A stretch of DNA of 63,964 bases, counting the filler, from Thelocarpon superellum (lineage: Eukaryota): NCBI GenBank assembly GCA_026025795.1. It is 5 parts of 5 records of this genome, joined end to end, with 100 filler letters (N's around TTAATTAATTAA, not from the genome) between each part and the next. Parts side by side here need not be neighbours in the genome. Positions count along the whole stretch, not along the records: positions 54,674 to 63,964 come from JAPEUG010000572.1; 4 more parts are not named here. One strand, given 5' to 3'. Of this stretch, positions 61,161-63,964 are shown in pieces (the stretch's first letter is position 1; each line of letters begins with the position of its first letter). The position numbers and the translations under genes are program-made. The notes below the pieces were generated by a model, which was not told the DNA's origin, searched no databases, and saw nothing but the letters and a program-made list of their open reading frames with translations.

Positions 61161-63533
61161 ATGGCCACCGATGCCCCCGATCCCAAGACGTTCAAGACGT
61201 GGGATGAGGCCTTCCAATTCCCCGTACCGGCGACGCGGCGCATGGAGCAGCAGCTCCGCGGCGAGCTGACGACGAACCGGGAGAAGCTCCGCAGCCTGGT
61301 CGGGGCCAGCTACCGCGACCTTCTGGGCACGGCGAGCCGCATCATCGAGATGGATGGCGCCATGCAGCGGGTCGAGGCCAACCTCGGCCAGGTCTCGGAG
61401 CAGTGCAGCTCGCGGCGGTTGGAGAAGAATGGAAGACACTTGACGCGCTGGACCGGCATCGTCCACACCCACGGTACGCTCTCCTGGTCGGGGCCACCCG
61501 ACCCAAGTATGATGGCGGGAGCGGACCCAGCACTAAGGGCGCGAGCAGACCGAGATCGATGGACGTCCGCCTCGCTCATGGCCGTCCTCCACACCTGTCC
61601 GCTCATCATCTCGCGGCACCTGCGACAGGGCGAGTCCCTGCTGCTCGCAGCCAAGGTCCTGGTCCTCTCTCGACGGCTGCATCGATCCCTCGCCTCGCTC
61701 CCACCGTGCCCGCCGCTGGTGGAGGAGGTGCATGACCAACTGGCGTCGCTGCGACGGAAGCTCCTGCGCAAGATCGACCGGCAGCTCTCCCATGCCGATA
61801 CCACCACGGCCCAGCTGGTGCAGCTCATGTGCGCCTTCTCGCTCGCCACCAGCTCCTCGCTCACCGACGTGCTCAAACATTTCCATCATGTGCGTCTGGC
61901 GGCGACGGCGGCGGCATTGCACCAGCACCGCGCCGACCACGCCAACATCCTGCAAGCCTTCCGCCTGTACTCGCAAACGCTACGGGACACGCAAGCGGTG
62001 TTGCCGAAGCCGATGATGGAGAGCCTTTCCCGGGTGAAGGCGCAGCCGTTGCTACAGGACGGCGAGCTCCGTCGGGTGGTGGAGCTCCATCTCGAGGCGC
62101 ACGAACGCTGGCTGCCGGACGACATCCGCTACTTCATCCCCTGGATCGGGCATGAGGACCTGCAGAAGTCCGAGGCGGAGAAGCTGCTGTTGGCCTGGGC
62201 CAAGCGTGCCTTTGAAGAGCTCCTGGACGGTCTCGGTGGGGTCCTGGATGGGCTGGAGGATTTCCGTGGCCTGGCACGCCTCCGTCGGGACATCTTCGAG
62301 ACCTGGTTCGACAGTCGACACCGCGTGGCGGGGCTTACGTCGGACGAGCCCTTGCAAGCGCTACGTGGCGTCATCAATGATCAACTCCTCCGGCTGGTCG
62401 ATGCCCGGGCGCGTCGGCTACATCTGGTGGGCACGGAGATGGTGGCGACGCTACGGGATTGGAAGCATGGCATCTCGGACCACCGGGACGCGCTCTGGGG
62501 ACGGTCGACGCTGTCCATGGACGTGGCGGACGGCGCCACGTCGTTTCGGAAAGCCGTCATGGATCGGAGCCATGGGCGGAATGATGCGGTCTTACGGGTG
62601 ATGGCAAGTTACACGACGTGGTACAAGCTGATTGAGGAGGTCACGACGGTGCTGAAGGAGCTCCGCGAGCAGAACTGGGACGAGGATCTCGAGGACGACG
62701 AGGACGAAAGCGGGCTGGCGTCTCGCAAGACGCAGCTCAGCGCGGACGATCCCCAGGCCTTGGAGCAGTCGATGCGCCGAGCCCTCACGACCGCCTTTCA
62801 AGCACTCCATGCTACCATGGCCGAGGTGACGTTGAGCGACGGTTGCGAGGCTGAACAAGCCATGTTTCTGCTCCGCGTGCTCCGGGAGATTCGCAGGCAG
62901 CCGCCGGGCCTGGGCGACGTGGGATCCTTTGGCCTTTCCGCCATCCCGCGGCTACACCAGGTCGTGGCCCGAAAGGCGAGCTCGAGGAGCTCGAGTGTGC
63001 AGGGCTACCTGGACTATCTTGACACTCGATCTTTCCACTCCTCGCCCCCCCTCACGCTCTGGGACGGATCTCCACCGTTGCCCGTGCTGCCATCAGCGGC
63101 GGTGTTTGAACTCCTGCATGGGCTGGTGACGACGATGGCGCACGACGCCGACATCTGGAGCGCCACGGCCGTGCAGACGTTGAAGCAGGTGGTGGCAGAG
63201 CAGCTGAGGTCCAAACTGGACCAGGTCCTGGCTCATCCACGCCGCGTGACCAATGGCAATCCGGAGGATGAGGGCCGGGACTCGACCGACGAACACCAGG
63301 CCATGACCAATGGAGAATCGGTGACTGGAAAGGGGGACGCAGATCGACTGACTCAGCTCTTGTTTGACACGGTGTTGCTACAGAGGATCTTCGGAGGCGG
63401 AGACGAGATGGATGGAGTGAAGGAGAAGTTGAAGGAGGGGAGCAAAGTGTCGGAGACGTCGTATGTGCGAGTGCAGAAGAACGCGTCGGAGTATTGGAAA
63501 CGGACACAATCATTATTCGCGTTACTAGGGTAG
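61161..63533 (+). CDS. Vps51/Vps67-domain vesicle-tethering subunit (COG1-like)
   Basis: N-terminal WDEAFQFPVPATRRMEQQLR...EKLRSLVGASYRDLLGTA..I..M and C-terminal YWKRTQSLFALL. A probable short in-frame intron begins at about 61474. Confidence 0.82.
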   Translation: MATDAPDPKTFKTWDEAFQFPVPATRRMEQQLRGELTTNREKLRSLVGASYRDLLGTASRIIEMDGAMQRVEANLGQVSEQCSSRRLEKNGRHLTRWTGIVHTHGTLSWSGPPDPSMMAGADPALRARADRDRWTSASLMAVLHTCPLIISRHLRQGESLLLAAKVLVLSRRLHRSLASLPPCPPLVEEVHDQLASLRRKLLRKIDRQLSHADTTTAQLVQLMCAFSLATSSSLTDVLKHFHHVRLAATAAALHQHRADHANILQAFRLYSQTLRDTQAVLPKPMMESLSRVKAQPLLQDGELRRVVELHLEAHERWLPDDIRYFIPWIGHEDLQKSEAEKLLLAWAKRAFEELLDGLGGVLDGLEDFRGLARLRRDIFETWFDSRHRVAGLTSDEPLQALRGVINDQLLRLVDARARRLHLVGTEMVATLRDWKHGISDHRDALWGRSTLSMDVADGATSFRKAVMDRSHGRNDAVLRVMASYTTWYKLIEEVTTVLKELREQNWDEDLEDDEDESGLASRKTQLSADDPQALEQSMRRALTTAFQALHATMAEVTLSDGCEAEQAMFLLRVLREIRRQPPGLGDVGSFGLSAIPRLHQVVARKASSRSSSVQGYLDYLDTRSFHSSPPLTLWDGSPPLPVLPSAAVFELLHGLVTTMAHDADIWSATAVQTLKQVVAEQLRSKLDQVLAHPRRVTNGNPEDEGRDSTDEHQAMTNGESVTGKGDADRLTQLLFDTVLLQRIFGGGDEMDGVKEKLKEGSKVSETSYVRVQKNASEYWKRTQSLFALLG

Positions 63534-63841
63534 GCGGAGACGAAGCAGCTCTGACAATTCTCCAAGTGTCACAATATCAAGTAGAAGGTGTCATGAAGGG
63601 GTGGGGGTGGGGGTGGGGGTGGGGCAGGGGACTGCTGCCAGGGGCCCGAGGGCCAAGATACTGGAGATCCCCCGTCGCGTTCAGGGTGAAAGGATCGCTA
63701 GGCGAAACATGTGAAGGGAGGAAAGGTGACTTTTGCCTCCCCCACGTCCATCATCATCAATCCACCGTGCGAATCAGACATCAGACCATCAGGTCGAGCA
63801 ATTGTGCAGTTTGGTTCACCTGCACTCCGCTCGATCGCGCC

Positions 63842-63964
63842 ATGGCAGCGCCACGTCTGCCATTCCTGTATCCGCATCTCTTTCGAGTACCCGCACGTGC
63901 GGCCTCGGTGCTCTCTCCACGACCAACCGGCTCGGCCTCTCCACGACGAAGACGAAGCGGCGTC
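63842..63964 (+). CDS. 5' end of a probable mitochondrially targeted protein (possibly DUF1640 family), truncated by the window end
   Basis: Open frame MAAPRLPFLYPHLFRVPARAASVLSPRPTGSASPRRRRSG, Arg/Ser-rich with no acidic residues. The family guess rests only on recalled N-terminal similarity. Confidence 0.55.
   Translation, partial: MAAPRLPFLYPHLFRVPARAASVLSPRPTGSASPRRRRSGV

Overview
Eukaryotic DNA from a GC-rich filamentous ascomycete (Pezizomycotina-type genes, mostly 50-70 nt GT-AG introns with CTRAC branch points). The window is not one locus. It is five contigs joined by 100-nt artificial spacers (N44-TTAATTAATTAA-N44) at 13688-13787, 27431-27530, 41062-41161 and 54574-54673. Their lengths fall steadily (>=13687, 13643, 13531, 13412, then a cut-off fifth), so adjacency across spacers carries no biological meaning. 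About 22 protein-coding genes were reconstructed by hand-splicing. Housekeeping and conserved genes: complex I 21.3 kDa subunit, Ubp2, a conserved unknown, a GHSMGG alpha/beta-hydrolase, PA-RING ligase, DUF3431, Hrd1, Hsp104, EBP, GNAT, Fes1, actin, Mis6/CENP-I and a Vps51/COG1-type protein. Others: a DPR-repeat dehydrin, an RGS-LOV photoreceptor, a GH32 invertase, a double-cupredoxin secreted protein and an SRA-YDG protein. The most novel-looking items are two small secreted proteins on different contigs sharing a C..YQxL-x8-DWxC motif, a spliced hevein-like secreted gene that the ORF track splits, a stand-alone SRA protein with a helical N-terminal domain, and two orphan regions with repeated peptide motifs. 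No rRNA, tRNA, CRISPR array or intact transposon was recognised. All family assignments are by motif recognition only; no searches were run.
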